From positions 7,354 to 71,353 of the forward strand of contig JAJDCL010000027.1 of NCBI GenBank assembly GCA_029260875.1: DNA of 64,000 nucleotides, written 5' to 3'. This document shows positions 18,961-29,044 of the stretch, in pieces. This DNA is from Candidatus Saccharimonadota bacterium (GTDB lineage Bacteria > Patescibacteriota > Saccharimonadia > Saccharimonadales > OFTM59). The position numbers and the translations under genes are program-made. Every line of letters starts with the position of its first letter. Positions within the stretch are counted from its first letter, which is position 1. The notes under the pieces were generated by a model. It was given only the letters and a program-made list of their open reading frames with translations, was not told the DNA's origin and did no database searches.

Positions 18961-20049
18961 CTACTTTATAATCCCCAACGTCTTTAACTCTGAATCTTTA
19001 TAGCAATAACTGAGAGGATCTTCGTGGTCTGCTACTACTCGACCGGTTACGGATAGGTGAACTCCGGCATGAACTAAGCCTAACTGCCCGCAGGCGTAGC
19101 CTAGGTTATAAGCTGCGTCACTGAATTCGGCCGAATTGAGCAAATACCTTGATCCTGTAATAAATACATTGCGATCACGATCATCGCCTGTCGCTAACCC
19201 CTGGCTTACGCGGTCCCTCAATTCACCGATCCTTATGAGGCCTGCGGTAACGAGGACATGTTTAGTCGGTGCTTCACGGATCATATCGACGACAATATCC
19301 ATGTCTTCATTTGTCAGATTTCGACTGTCTTTTAGAATAGGCGGCATGGCACTAAATGGGGTCCTGGTCCGAACGTTATGCCTTAAAAATGAAGGTATGA
19401 ACGAGTTAGGGGCTGGCTCAACACCGTCTAGACCGTTAAAAACAAAATCTATCGTACCGCCAGCAGGTACAAGAGTGAAGCTATCATATCCAAGGAGATT
19501 ATCGCTCGGATCTAGATTTTCAAATGTGGCCGTTGTTAAATCTTTTTCCAGTTTATGTATCGGCGCAACCGCACCGTTGACCACACCAACTACTGGTTCT
19601 GTTACCCTGGGACTTTCCAGAACAGCCTGGGCCATGCCAAGATTAAAGCCGCCATCCGACATCGTAAAGCCTCTGAGGGGGATCAGTGAAGCAACCATGG
19701 CAACTTTTTTAAGAAAACGATTTTGCTGCATTGAGGGGTGATTCTGAATGCGCTTGCCAATTTCTGCCATGAGATATGTGCCACTTGTTACAACGGTTTT
19801 CTGCATTGCGGATTCTGCAACACGTTGTGCGATCTCGCCCTTGTCTCCGATGGTGATTTCACGGCTATCCTTGAGCATCAGTACATCAGACGAGATATGA
19901 GGGTAGCCGTGTTCTGTCAAAAATTGGTAGAAGAGCTGAACAATACTTATAGGGGGCGAAACAGCCGTATCTTCCTCTGGTGACCAGATCGATTCAACCG
20001 TTCCGCCACTAGCTATGTGTTCAATGCCACTTGGTTCGCCTAAAATCAT
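18961..20049 (-). CDS. Divergent asparaginase/glutaminase-family-like protein
   Basis: Spacing of SGGTV (aa 14-18), TSGT (88-91) and MVASLIPLRGFTMSDGGFNL (118-137) mirrors TGGTI / HGTDT / TGAxxP..SDGxxNL of L-asparaginases. A second GGTI...ITGS..SDAAYNL set occurs in the C-terminal half. Confidence 0.4.
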   Translation of the reverse strand: MILGEPSGIEHIASGGTVESIWSPEEDTAVSPPISIVQLFYQFLTEHGYPHISSDVLMLKDSREITIGDKGEIAQRVAESAMQKTVVTSGTYLMAEIGKRIQNHPSMQQNRFLKKVAMVASLIPLRGFTMSDGGFNLGMAQAVLESPRVTEPVVGVVNGAVAPIHKLEKDLTTATFENLDPSDNLLGYDSFTLVPAGGTIDFVFNGLDGVEPAPNSFIPSFLRHNVRTRTPFSAMPPILKDSRNLTNEDMDIVVDMIREAPTKHVLVTAGLIRIGELRDRVSQGLATGDDRDRNVFITGSRYLLNSAEFSDAAYNLGYACGQLGLVHAGVHLSVTGRVVADHEDPLSYCYKDSELKTLGIIK

Positions 20050-20210
20050 GATCTTACTCCTTGTCTCTTTAGCCTAGTCAAAGAATTGGTTTCGCTTACT
20101 CATCCTTATTGCTGTTAAAACCAACGCTTATGCCGGATTCCTTACCCTCATGCACAGCCACTTGCATGACCTCTTCCGGCTCACAGTAAAGCGGACGTCG
20201 GCCATCTAGA

Positions 20211-20672
20211 TTATCGTTGGGCGTCATAAAACCACCGTGTTAATTGCCATCCGTCAGATACAAGCTCTTTGGGTAACCCAGCTAATATTTCGGCTATTGC
20301 TGGTAACGGCCGCCCCGTCTCCTCGTCAAATTGGAAACTTGGAAAAATCGTGGTTGCGCGGTCATCAATCGCAAAAATACTACCACTCTGGCGTAATTCG
20401 TTTAACGTATCCGCGTAAGGCTCAGCTACTTCTGCCGCCGCATTAATAGTCAAAGCACCGAATTCTTGCAAAAGTCGGACGCGCGATAAAATGTCTTCTG
20501 CCCTTTTGTATGGATTGGGGATATAAAGCCCACTACGACCATCCTGTGCATCAGCAATCAAGGTATTAGCTATTGTATCTCTTAGTAGATTATCGCTTGT
20601 CAATTGGCCTAAAGCCTCAATTATTTCTGGAAATGCTCCTGGTTCGCGAAGTGGTGCTTTTGAAGCGCTCAC
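20211..20672 (-). CDS. Hypothetical protein (153 aa)
   Basis: ORF only. The C-terminal FPSFQFDEETGRPLPAIAEILAGL...W...WF loosely resembles Xre/MbcA/ParS-type antitoxin C-terminal domains (weak). Confidence 0.45.
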   Translation of the reverse strand: MSASKAPLREPGAFPEIIEALGQLTSDNLLRDTIANTLIADAQDGRSGLYIPNPYKRAEDILSRVRLLQEFGALTINAAAEVAEPYADTLNELRQSGSIFAIDDRATTIFPSFQFDEETGRPLPAIAEILAGLPKELVSDGWQLTRWFYDAQR

Positions 20673-20719
20673 AATATTTCTCCTGTAGTATTCAAAACAA
20701 GCTAATTAAAACACCGGGC

Positions 20720-20747
20720 TTGCGAAAAGTAAAAATACTGCTATAAT
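20720..20747 (+). promoter_or_regulatory. Sigma-70-type promoter for 20787 gene
   Basis: TTGCGA (20720-25), 16 nt spacer, TATAAT (20742-47); 40 nt before the ATG. Confidence 0.5.
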
Positions 20748-20786
20748 TGTTCAAAATTAGTATTTATTGTACAGTTTTAGACATTT

Positions 20787-21464
20787 ATGATTACTATTCC
20801 TGAAAAAGTTGGAGAATTGATTGGGCAATCGCCTTATCTACGCGAGGCGATCTCCAATAGACTTATTAATCTGTCCTCGCTGGCTCGCCAATTGCAGCCG
20901 CAAATTGAAACCGAACTAATGAAAGACATCAGTGAAAGCGCCGTGCTCATTGCCTTGCAGCGTTATTCGGCCACCCTCAAACCCTTTTACGCTGTCAACC
21001 CAGCCGATTACTTGGCTAACCTGACGCTCAGGAGCGAACTATTTGAACTGACCGTTAAAAACTCGCCTGCTCTGCTCGGCAAATTATCCCGCCTGGGCCA
21101 AACCATTCAGGAAAAGCACGCAGCACTGTTTGTTTTTACCCAAGGCCAGTATGAAACGACAATTATTACCAGCTCAACCCTTCGGGCTAACATTTTAAAA
21201 GAACTCTGTGACGAGACCATCACCAGTACGATTCCGGACCTCACCGGCATTGCTCTCCAGCGTACGCACGGCCAAATAGAAACAACCGGCGTGCTGCAAT
21301 ACCCGTTGCGTATTCTGGCCTGGGGAGGTATATCCGTGATAGAAATTATCACAACCCTGAACGAAATCATGATGGTGGTCCGTGATTTTGAGGTAGACCG
21401 AGCGGTCATCTCTATCCGTCACGGACTTCAAACCGCTGCTAAGCACCGAGAGACTGAAAATTAA
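20787..21464 (+). CDS. ACT-domain-like protein (aspartokinase C-terminal-like)
   Basis: Two tandem beta-alpha-beta-beta-alpha-beta-like segments (LFELTVKNSPALLGKL... and ISVIEIITTLNEIMMVV). The family call is tentative. Confidence 0.4.
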   Translation: MITIPEKVGELIGQSPYLREAISNRLINLSSLARQLQPQIETELMKDISESAVLIALQRYSATLKPFYAVNPADYLANLTLRSELFELTVKNSPALLGKLSRLGQTIQEKHAALFVFTQGQYETTIITSSTLRANILKELCDETITSTIPDLTGIALQRTHGQIETTGVLQYPLRILAWGGISVIEIITTLNEIMMVVRDFEVDRAVISIRHGLQTAAKHRETEN

Positions 21465-22669
21465 TACTGGGTAGAAGTGATGATCGGGACTTTGGTGAAT
21501 TTGTTAAGCAGCTGCTGAACACGTTGAGCCTGACCCTCAACGGTAGTTCTGTGCTGGGATTTAACTAAAAGGTCAGCCGCTTGATCAAGCGGTACCATCT
21601 GGAAGTTATTACGAGCTAATAGGTCAGCTTGATTGCCACGAGCCTTTTGTTGGGCGGTCCAGTCATAGTGTTGGTAGACCGGCATAAAACTGAGGTTGGT
21701 GATCTTTTTGGTGGCCACATCTATATCCATGACGGCGAAGCCGCCAATTAGGTTTTCTATTTCAGTCTGAGAATTTAAGAAATTACCGAGCGAAAACCAA
21801 ACTAGGACCTCCCGACCGTCCGCAGCCTGGACCCTTTTAACCGGCTGTAAGGTATGTGTTCCATGGCCGAAAATCACGTCCGCGCCGGCGTCTGCCAAAA
21901 CTTGCGCAATCCTATCCTGCGAGGCGTTTATGTCGTGCGAGTACTCCGTGCCCCAGCGCATGCTAACCATCACAAAGTCCGCCTGCTCCTTCGCCTCTGC
22001 AATATCGGCTTTGGCAGCCACTTCGTTATACATGTTTACGCCGTAGCCGTTGGTAACTGGCTTGTTAGTGTAGGTCGTATAAGAAAGAAAGGCGAACTTC
22101 ATGCCCTTGACCGAGAAAACGCGCAAGTTTTTCTGCTCCTCCATAGAACGGTTTGCGCCAGCGACCGACAGCACTCCTGGGCGGTTGTCCCAAGCAGCTA
22201 CGGCGTCATTAATCATAGTTTGACCTTTGTCGTTGGTGTGGTTGGTGCCCAGATTTATAACATTACACCCCACATCCTCAAGGCCGCGGGCAAACTCTAA
22301 GGGGGCATTGAAGCTGGGGTAGCCAGTTATGCCATGCTTTTCACCGGCTGCCATCGTAGCTTCGTTGCAAAAACTTATGTCTGAATCTTTGAAGTACTTT
22401 TTAACGCCATTCATAAGGCTAGCGTAGTCATAACTCCCGTCAGACATTTTAGCGTTCTGAGTTATGGAATCATGCCCGATCATATCGCCCGTTGCCACCA
22501 GACGGATAATGTTGTCCGGCCGCTTTTTGACCAGCTCGGCACTTTCACCCAACTCGCCTGCCCGTTGTTCCTGGCCTCGGCTTGTCAGATAATTAAATGC
22601 GCCGAATCCCAATAGAAATACGAGCAGTACCGCAAAAATTATGCGAAATTTGTGTAGTGTGGGTCTCAT
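21461..22669 (-). CDS. CapA-family metallophosphoesterase-like envelope protein (copy 2)
   Basis: N-terminal TM anchor, then [20 protein letters not shown] and [10 protein letters not shown]. Confidence 0.75.
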   Translation of the reverse strand: MRPTLHKFRIIFAVLLVFLLGFGAFNYLTSRGQEQRAGELGESAELVKKRPDNIIRLVATGDMIGHDSITQNAKMSDGSYDYASLMNGVKKYFKDSDISFCNEATMAAGEKHGITGYPSFNAPLEFARGLEDVGCNVINLGTNHTNDKGQTMINDAVAAWDNRPGVLSVAGANRSMEEQKNLRVFSVKGMKFAFLSYTTYTNKPVTNGYGVNMYNEVAAKADIAEAKEQADFVMVSMRWGTEYSHDINASQDRIAQVLADAGADVIFGHGTHTLQPVKRVQAADGREVLVWFSLGNFLNSQTEIENLIGGFAVMDIDVATKKITNLSFMPVYQHYDWTAQQKARGNQADLLARNNFQMVPLDQAADLLVKSQHRTTVEGQAQRVQQLLNKFTKVPIITSTQY

Positions 22670-23067
22670 TTACCGGTATCTCGCTTTGGTTTGAATTCCA
22701 GTGAACATGAATTTATACAGTAACGCTTGCCTGTTGGCTGGTCTAGCGCATCATCAAAAACATGACCCAAGTGACCACCACATTTTGCACAAACAGCTTC
22801 CACCCGATGCATACCGTGGCTATTATCGTCCTGTAGTTTTACCGCGCCACTTTTTGCCACATCATAAAAGCTGGGCCACCCTGATCCTGAATCAAATTTG
22901 GCCTCACTAGAAAACAGTTCCGTGCTGCAAGCTGCGCATGTGTAAGTTCCTGCTTTTTTGTTATGCAGTAATTCTCCAGTAAATGGCACTTCTGTGCCTT
23001 TTGTACGCATTATCTGGTACTGCTCGGGTGTTAGCTTTTTCTTCCATTCTTCGTCACTGAGTTGCAC
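22666..23067 (-). CDS. msrB: Peptide-methionine (R)-S-oxide reductase
   Basis: Two CxxC zinc pairs (CAAC, CAKC), GWPSF, and the RYCINS catalytic Cys. Confidence 0.95.
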   Translation of the reverse strand: MQLSDEEWKKKLTPEQYQIMRTKGTEVPFTGELLHNKKAGTYTCAACSTELFSSEAKFDSGSGWPSFYDVAKSGAVKLQDDNSHGMHRVEAVCAKCGGHLGHVFDDALDQPTGKRYCINSCSLEFKPKRDTGK

Positions 23068-23070
23068 TGA

Positions 23071-23481
23071 CTATTCCTTCTTCTTATCAATCTTATCCAG
23101 CTTTAGGCCTTTAACTACGAAGTACACCACTGCGGCAACTGCCAAAAAGCTGATGAGAACAGATATAAATGCCCCGTACCCAAAATCTGCAGTCTTACTA
23201 AGAAATGTTAAGCTAAAAGTCTTTTGGGCAAGAGTGCCACTCCCAGGTAGAATTAGCCCAAGTAACGGATTTAAAAAGCTAGCTACAATTTGATCTACAA
23301 GGGTTTTAACTTGCGTCCCCAACACCAGTCCGACAGCCAAACCGACAACGCCCTGCTCGCGCACAAAAGTCATAAAACCGTTTAACTGATGCTTCATATT
23401 AGGCAGCGGAATTTTTTCAAGTTCCTCTCTTGCCACTTCCACACTTTTTAAGACTTCTGCCTTAGTTGGTTCTTTTACCAT
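23071..23481 (-). CDS. mscL: Large-conductance mechanosensitive channel
   Basis: FVREQGVVGLAVGLVLG...FLNPLLG and a second TM helix; 136 aa. Confidence 0.9.
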   Translation of the reverse strand: MVKEPTKAEVLKSVEVAREELEKIPLPNMKHQLNGFMTFVREQGVVGLAVGLVLGTQVKTLVDQIVASFLNPLLGLILPGSGTLAQKTFSLTFLSKTADFGYGAFISVLISFLAVAAVVYFVVKGLKLDKIDKKKE

Positions 23482-24707
23482 TATAATCTCCTTGAATTTC
23501 TGGCTTTTAGTATACGCTCAATAGCTATGCTAATAGCAGCTTCCTTGGGTGATATCTTATCAAGAACTGCTCTTTTAAATATGTTGCGGGTAGCTGCTGT
23601 CAAATACTGCTCAAGCTCCTGTGTAATCCGCTGTTCGGGCCAATGCTCCCTAGCTTTGTTTTGCAGCCACTCAAGGTAGCTGACCACAACTCCACCGGCG
23701 TTTGCTAATATGTCTGGAATAATTATTATCCCCTTTTTCGTCAGATAGTCATAAGCCTTTTCACTGATTGGCCCATTAGCCAGTTCCAGGACATAGCGAG
23801 CACGGACCGTATACATATTTTGTTCATTTATAACATCTCCCAATGCGGCTAACACTAACACGTCTACGTCGGTAGCTATAAGTTCGTCGTTGGTAATTGT
23901 ACCTGCATGTGCAGCGCCGTATTCAACCAAACGGCCGCCTTCGCGCTTAAATCTATGTGCACTTTTGGCGCTTAAGCCGTTTGGATTATAGACACCACCA
24001 CTACTGTCCGTCAATGCTACTAGTTGCCAGTTAGCATGGTCCTTCTCGGCAATTTCTGCGAAAAATATACCGACATTACCAAACCCTTGTATTGCAATCG
24101 TGGTTGGATTCTTATCATCTTTAAGCTCATCCAGAACCTCTCTTAGCACGATAATTCCGCCATGGCCAGTTGCCGCCTCTCGCCCCCGGCTACCGCCTCG
24201 TTCTAATGATTTGCCGGTAAAGCTGGCGTGGGACGTGTCACCTGTCAGCTTCTCGTATTCATCGACCATCCAATCCATAACCCGAGCATTAGTGTTCACG
24301 TCTGGAGCGGGGATATCTTTGTTGGGGCCTATGTACTCCTTTAAACCAGCCACATATTTGCGAGATAGTTCTTCTAGCTCATCTTGTGAAAGCTGACGAG
24401 GATCTACCGCCACGCCACCTTTCCCCCCGCCAAGTGGCAAACCAACGGCAGCAGTTTTTAGTGACATTAAGGTGGCCAATGCTCGTACTTCTTCAGCGTC
24501 AACCTCAGGGTGAAACCGTATACCACCCTTGTATGGCCCAAGTACGCTGTTATGCTGCGTCCTAAAGGCCTTAAAGCGCTCGCCGTTTGCAAGCTCTATA
24601 TCAAATTCATGCTCGGCTTCGGTCTTGAGCAAGTATTCTATATCGGCCTGGGTTATACCCAGCCTTTCCCCTGCCCGCTTAATCAGATCCTGTGCGGTCT
24701 TCAGCAT
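23481..24707 (-). CDS. gdh: Glu/Leu/Phe/Val dehydrogenase (glutamate dehydrogenase-like)
   Basis: GPYKGGIRFHP, LPLGGGKGG and GFGNVG (Rossmann) motifs. Confidence 0.93.
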   Translation of the reverse strand: MLKTAQDLIKRAGERLGITQADIEYLLKTEAEHEFDIELANGERFKAFRTQHNSVLGPYKGGIRFHPEVDAEEVRALATLMSLKTAAVGLPLGGGKGGVAVDPRQLSQDELEELSRKYVAGLKEYIGPNKDIPAPDVNTNARVMDWMVDEYEKLTGDTSHASFTGKSLERGGSRGREAATGHGGIIVLREVLDELKDDKNPTTIAIQGFGNVGIFFAEIAEKDHANWQLVALTDSSGGVYNPNGLSAKSAHRFKREGGRLVEYGAAHAGTITNDELIATDVDVLVLAALGDVINEQNMYTVRARYVLELANGPISEKAYDYLTKKGIIIIPDILANAGGVVVSYLEWLQNKAREHWPEQRITQELEQYLTAATRNIFKRAVLDKISPKEAAISIAIERILKARNSRRL

Positions 24708-24778
24708 GTATTAGCTCCCATTAGCTTATACAATTGTACGCCTTTGTAACGGCATAAAAAACTTAATGCCTACGGGGG

Positions 24779-26491
24779 TTATCCAACGCCAACCTTATTA
24801 CGGCCAGTGTCTAAAAGATCTATACGTTCTGCACCAACTGGGACGCCCCCCTTTCCCAGATTTAAGTCATCGGGTCTAAGACGATATTCCCCAGATCGCT
24901 GGTTTGCATTTAGCTCCCCCGTAATGGTGGTTAGTGCAGCGCCCTTGCCGCCCACCTGAATGAAGACCACTGTCATTGTCTGTGGGTTAAATATAATCCG
25001 CTCAACCATTGGCCTGCCGTCACTATTAGGCATGGCGCTAAAAAACTTTATATTATGAGCACTTGGGTAAGCCAGCTGTTCCCAGTCGTTGCCAGCGTAA
25101 CCCTCTACAACTGGATAATTAATTGTACGCGTATCACCAGGTCCCTTACCGTCACTCGCTAGTTGTTCAACAATCTTAACGCAGGCAAAGGTCAGGTCGC
25201 GTCCATTTTTGTGCTCAATATTATCAGCTATCTCTTGAACTGTGCGGGCTTCACCGTCTGTCGGGTACAGCTCTCCTGAGTTTTGCCCCTGGACAACCGC
25301 ATTGGATGGGTTGCTCCGAATTACCTCTAAGTACTCGGGGGGTACGTCTTGACTTATTGCTAAATTTTCCAAGCGAGCGATTACTGGATAAACGACTTCG
25401 TTGTGCTCTTTCTGCCATACATCATCATCTGGCGAGCCCGCCATCCTATGATACGAAGTAAGATTAGTGACAGCCACCGCGGCATGTATGATTTCATGAA
25501 GAACTGTAATGTTTTCAGCAGAAATTAGATTTTTCTTACCATTCACACGGCCTATTAAAATCAGTAGGTTGCGTTTCGCGGTTGTGTTTGAATCTTGAAC
25601 TTCCGAGCTATCTATCCCTAACCCAACTGCCTTGCAAACTTCTTCTTGCGTTACCCGACGCAGTACAAAAGTACCTTCTGCAGGCATAACACAAGAGTCA
25701 ATGTTATCGGCAATTATCATGTTAATCGCGACATTATCTAACTTACCCGCTCGCGCTAGGCTCTGTAGGCGTTGTATTTCTGCTTGTGGCAATACGCTTT
25801 GCTCTAGGTCGCCCAACCCTTCAATCAGTAAACTCGTAACTACATCAAGTGCTTTTGCGTTAATTCCAGGAGTGTCGTCATCGTCGTCAGTGCCAGCCTC
25901 GTATATGTTATAGATTATCCCTGAGCTAGTCCTAACTACGCCCAGAAAATTTGCGTTATTCGCCTCTAAAGTAGCTTCACGATTGTTAAGCTCAGCCACT
26001 GAACGGTCATACTGCAGTGGCCATTTGGCATAGTAAAATTCTATTTCGCTAGGCGTCAATACACCCTCATAGAAAGACTGAGCCTCACCAAGACTCGCAA
26101 ACCAGCTACCTTTATAACGCTCCTTCGCGTTAATCTTTTCCTCAATAGACTCTATACGTTTTTGTTCTTTCTTAGTCAGAGGATAATGAACAATCGGCTT
26201 GGATTTAGTGTCCAGGAAAGCTTCACTATTTTTATAAGCTGCCTCTATATCAGGAGATTCAGAAGCCTCCTCGTCGCTCATGTCTTTTTGAACCTCTGCC
26301 CCGCCATCCGGTACTTGGGAAGGCACATCAAACGCAGCATCATTATGGCCAACAAACATGCTACTACCAAACATTAAGGCAGAAATGGCTACCCGCGCTA
26401 ACCTAGACCTGTGGTGCTGAACATCCTGGGCTGGTTCCAGTAGTTCATCGCCCTGTTCGGGACCAGATGAGGATGCTTTTTGAGAATTCAT
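24779..26491 (-). CDS. Secreted or membrane-anchored hypothetical protein with HExxH motif
   Basis: Hydrophobic segment RVAISALMFGSSMFVG near the N-terminus. HEIIH at aa 332-336 (nt 25484-25498). An Asp run DDDDD is present. No family recognised. Confidence 0.5.
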   Translation of the reverse strand: MNSQKASSSGPEQGDELLEPAQDVQHHRSRLARVAISALMFGSSMFVGHNDAAFDVPSQVPDGGAEVQKDMSDEEASESPDIEAAYKNSEAFLDTKSKPIVHYPLTKKEQKRIESIEEKINAKERYKGSWFASLGEAQSFYEGVLTPSEIEFYYAKWPLQYDRSVAELNNREATLEANNANFLGVVRTSSGIIYNIYEAGTDDDDDTPGINAKALDVVTSLLIEGLGDLEQSVLPQAEIQRLQSLARAGKLDNVAINMIIADNIDSCVMPAEGTFVLRRVTQEEVCKAVGLGIDSSEVQDSNTTAKRNLLILIGRVNGKKNLISAENITVLHEIIHAAVAVTNLTSYHRMAGSPDDDVWQKEHNEVVYPVIARLENLAISQDVPPEYLEVIRSNPSNAVVQGQNSGELYPTDGEARTVQEIADNIEHKNGRDLTFACVKIVEQLASDGKGPGDTRTINYPVVEGYAGNDWEQLAYPSAHNIKFFSAMPNSDGRPMVERIIFNPQTMTVVFIQVGGKGAALTTITGELNANQRSGEYRLRPDDLNLGKGGVPVGAERIDLLDTGRNKVGVG

Positions 26492-26579
26492 AGTGTATAT
26501 TTGTTTTAAATAGGCCTAATTACTATAGCATGGACTTTACGTATTTGCAAGCATAAGCCCCTGTTGTGTTGGCCAAATG

Positions 26580-28259
26580 TTACATGCGTTTCGGTGTGGG
26601 GATATTTAGGAGCTGCAGGCCTTTTTGAAGCGTATCGGCATATGACTTAACTAATTTTAACCGCAGCGCTTGGCGCGGGTCATTGATTACCCTGTTGTGT
26701 TCATAAAAACTATTAAATGCCTGGGACAACTCATATAAGTATGTGCTGATGTTATGGGGCATAAGCTCCGCTACAGCTCTTTCTACTACCTCAGGATATT
26801 CACCAATCTTGCGTAGCAAACTTCTTTCACTCCCGTTTAGCTTTAAATCTTCTGCGGCTTCTGAAGAACCAACAACTTTTGCAAGGATAGAGCGTGCACG
26901 AGCGTGGGCATACTGTAGGTAAGGGCCGCTATTGCCCTCCAGACTGACCGACTCTTGGATATCAAAGATTATATCGCCACCAATCCTGTTCTTTAAGAAC
27001 GTGTATTTTAGCGCTGCAAGGTAAACATCCATTTGCACATCAGACTCAGGATAGGCTTCTTGGGCAGCTTTCTGAACCTCGGCCATAAGCGCTGCAGCGC
27101 TGTGAACCGACCCTGTCCGACTACTCATTTTGCCGGTTGTGAGACTTAAAAATCCGTGGGCTATATGCCTGGTCTTAGCGGCAAGCTCAGGCTTGATCTC
27201 ACCTAGGGCCGCGAGCATTACCTTAAAGTACTCTGACTGCTCGTGGGCGGTAATAATAATTGATTGAGATGCGTCCGGATAATCACGATTCTTAAGCTGG
27301 ACCAGGCCCAGGTCTTTTGCTTCGTACGTAGGCAAGCCACGCGAATTTATAAAGACCCTGGTATGCAAACCTACCTTTTCTCCACGATAAACAATTGCTC
27401 CGTCACTTGCTTCAAACACTTTGCCAATATTTTGTTTAACAATTTCTACACCCGCCTTAGTGGCTACACTCTCAAGATAGCGCCCGTTTGGTTCGTAAAT
27501 TATATTAAGCTCTTTAAATATTTGATCAAAATACCCAAAACTTACTTCCGTACCCCAGCTGTGCAAACTATTAATACGCTCGTCATCTCTTGTATAAATG
27601 TGTTCATTGACCTCTTTGATTGCATTCGCATCATCTTCGTTTTCTTCAAATGCTTTTGCGCCTCTGACGTAAAATGCCCCCAGGTTGGTGCGAAGCTTTG
27701 CGCCGAGACTGTTTAGATCAAGTTCTGGTTTGCTCCACTCACCGATTTCCTTTAAATGCTCAATAATCCCCCAAATAGCTTTTGCGACATGCATACCAAC
27801 GTCGCCATGATAGCTAAGCCTTCTTACAGTGGCGCCGTTTGCTTGCAACAAATTAGAAATAACATCGCCTACTATTGCTGTATATAGGTGCCCCAGGTGC
27901 ATTTCCTTGAACGGATTTGGGTCACCAAATTCTACCAGTATCTCCTGCCCAAGTAACTTTTGCGTCGGTGCTAGGCCAGCTAACCGCCATAAAGCTGAGT
28001 CTTTTAAATAGACATTAATAAACCCCGGGCCAGCAACCTCAGCCCGTTCAATGTACAAGGTTGAACCTTGTACAGATATGGTTTTGACAATTGCTTCGGC
28101 AATTTCTCGTGGATTCTTGCTCAGCTCTTTGCTAAGTTTTAGAGCCACATTGGTAGAATAATCACCGAATTGTTCGTCGGGTCTGGTCAGCTCGATGCTC
28201 AAATCTACATTGAACAATTTTTTGACGGCGCCCGCAATGGCTATCCTAATCTCATCCAT
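26580..28259 (-). CDS. argS: Arginine--tRNA ligase
   Basis: EMHLGHL (HIGH motif), and overall ArgRS length and pattern including the C-terminal anticodon-binding region ending ...PTPKRM. Confidence 0.95.
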   Translation of the reverse strand: MDEIRIAIAGAVKKLFNVDLSIELTRPDEQFGDYSTNVALKLSKELSKNPREIAEAIVKTISVQGSTLYIERAEVAGPGFINVYLKDSALWRLAGLAPTQKLLGQEILVEFGDPNPFKEMHLGHLYTAIVGDVISNLLQANGATVRRLSYHGDVGMHVAKAIWGIIEHLKEIGEWSKPELDLNSLGAKLRTNLGAFYVRGAKAFEENEDDANAIKEVNEHIYTRDDERINSLHSWGTEVSFGYFDQIFKELNIIYEPNGRYLESVATKAGVEIVKQNIGKVFEASDGAIVYRGEKVGLHTRVFINSRGLPTYEAKDLGLVQLKNRDYPDASQSIIITAHEQSEYFKVMLAALGEIKPELAAKTRHIAHGFLSLTTGKMSSRTGSVHSAAALMAEVQKAAQEAYPESDVQMDVYLAALKYTFLKNRIGGDIIFDIQESVSLEGNSGPYLQYAHARARSILAKVVGSSEAAEDLKLNGSERSLLRKIGEYPEVVERAVAELMPHNISTYLYELSQAFNSFYEHNRVINDPRQALRLKLVKSYADTLQKGLQLLNIPTPKRM

Positions 28260-28292
28260 ATGCGCCTAAGTATAACACCTTAAAACGCATAC

Positions 28293-28979
28293 TTAAGGGT
28301 GGTTATTCTTCGAGGCAGTTTGTACCAATTGCCAAGCTACTGCGTACATTGCTCCCAGCAACGCAAAGACCGTTATGGTCGTGACAAATACCTGGGGTTT
28401 TGCGGCAGGATTAATAATATGATCTGACACGTCAAACAAAATACCCGCAGGGTTCACCAATGCGTCCCATGTGTTCCAGCGCATAAAACGGCCCAGATAT
28501 ATTGCAAAGCTACAAACAAACAAAATACCAGTTACTATCATATGCGCATCCCGCTGTCCGATTCTTACAAGCAGCTCGCGGTGCACCATGTATAAGCTTA
28601 TAAAACCAACAACAATTCCATTAAAGATGAACGAACCAAGCATTACAATGTCATACAACAACCCCACCTCTCCTGTTGCATGCAAATGTATCAAGTCCGT
28701 GATCATGTAAAAACTGTTTGGCAAGAATGCCATCCACGCAAGAGTCAGCCCCAAACTGCGGGCAGTCAACCAAGATGCCAACCTTAAGCGTCTGACTAGA
28801 AGCCACGCAAAAAACAGAGGCAGCCACGCCAAAAACAGGTTCCATATTAAAAACCAGTACCTAGTATTATCAGCATTGATCGCGCGGGCCAGAAATAGTG
28901 CCACACTGAGCATATTTGACATCACAAGCGCCCAGAAGAGCCCTGAAAATCTGCTGCTGAGGCCCCTTACACCCTTCAT
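28293..28979 (-). CDS. DUF1361-like polytopic membrane protein
   Basis: WFLIWNLFLAWLPLFFAWLL and multiple TM helices. I place the start at ATG 28979; the ORF-track start at 29114 would overlap the divergent gene. Confidence 0.55.
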   Translation of the reverse strand: MKGVRGLSSRFSGLFWALVMSNMLSVALFLARAINADNTRYWFLIWNLFLAWLPLFFAWLLVRRLRLASWLTARSLGLTLAWMAFLPNSFYMITDLIHLHATGEVGLLYDIVMLGSFIFNGIVVGFISLYMVHRELLVRIGQRDAHMIVTGILFVCSFAIYLGRFMRWNTWDALVNPAGILFDVSDHIINPAAKPQVFVTTITVFALLGAMYAVAWQLVQTASKNNHP

Positions 28980-29044
28980 ACAAGCCAGTATATCACCAAT
29001 GTTCGTTACACATTTTGCGCGAATTGGCGATATACTAGATGTAA

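Noticed and set aside
19136-19741. 201-aa plus-strand ORF
   Set aside because: It is antisense to the longer 362-aa ORF, which carries the ordered asparaginase-like motifs. Its composition is Ser/Arg/Leu-rich, typical of shadow ORFs.
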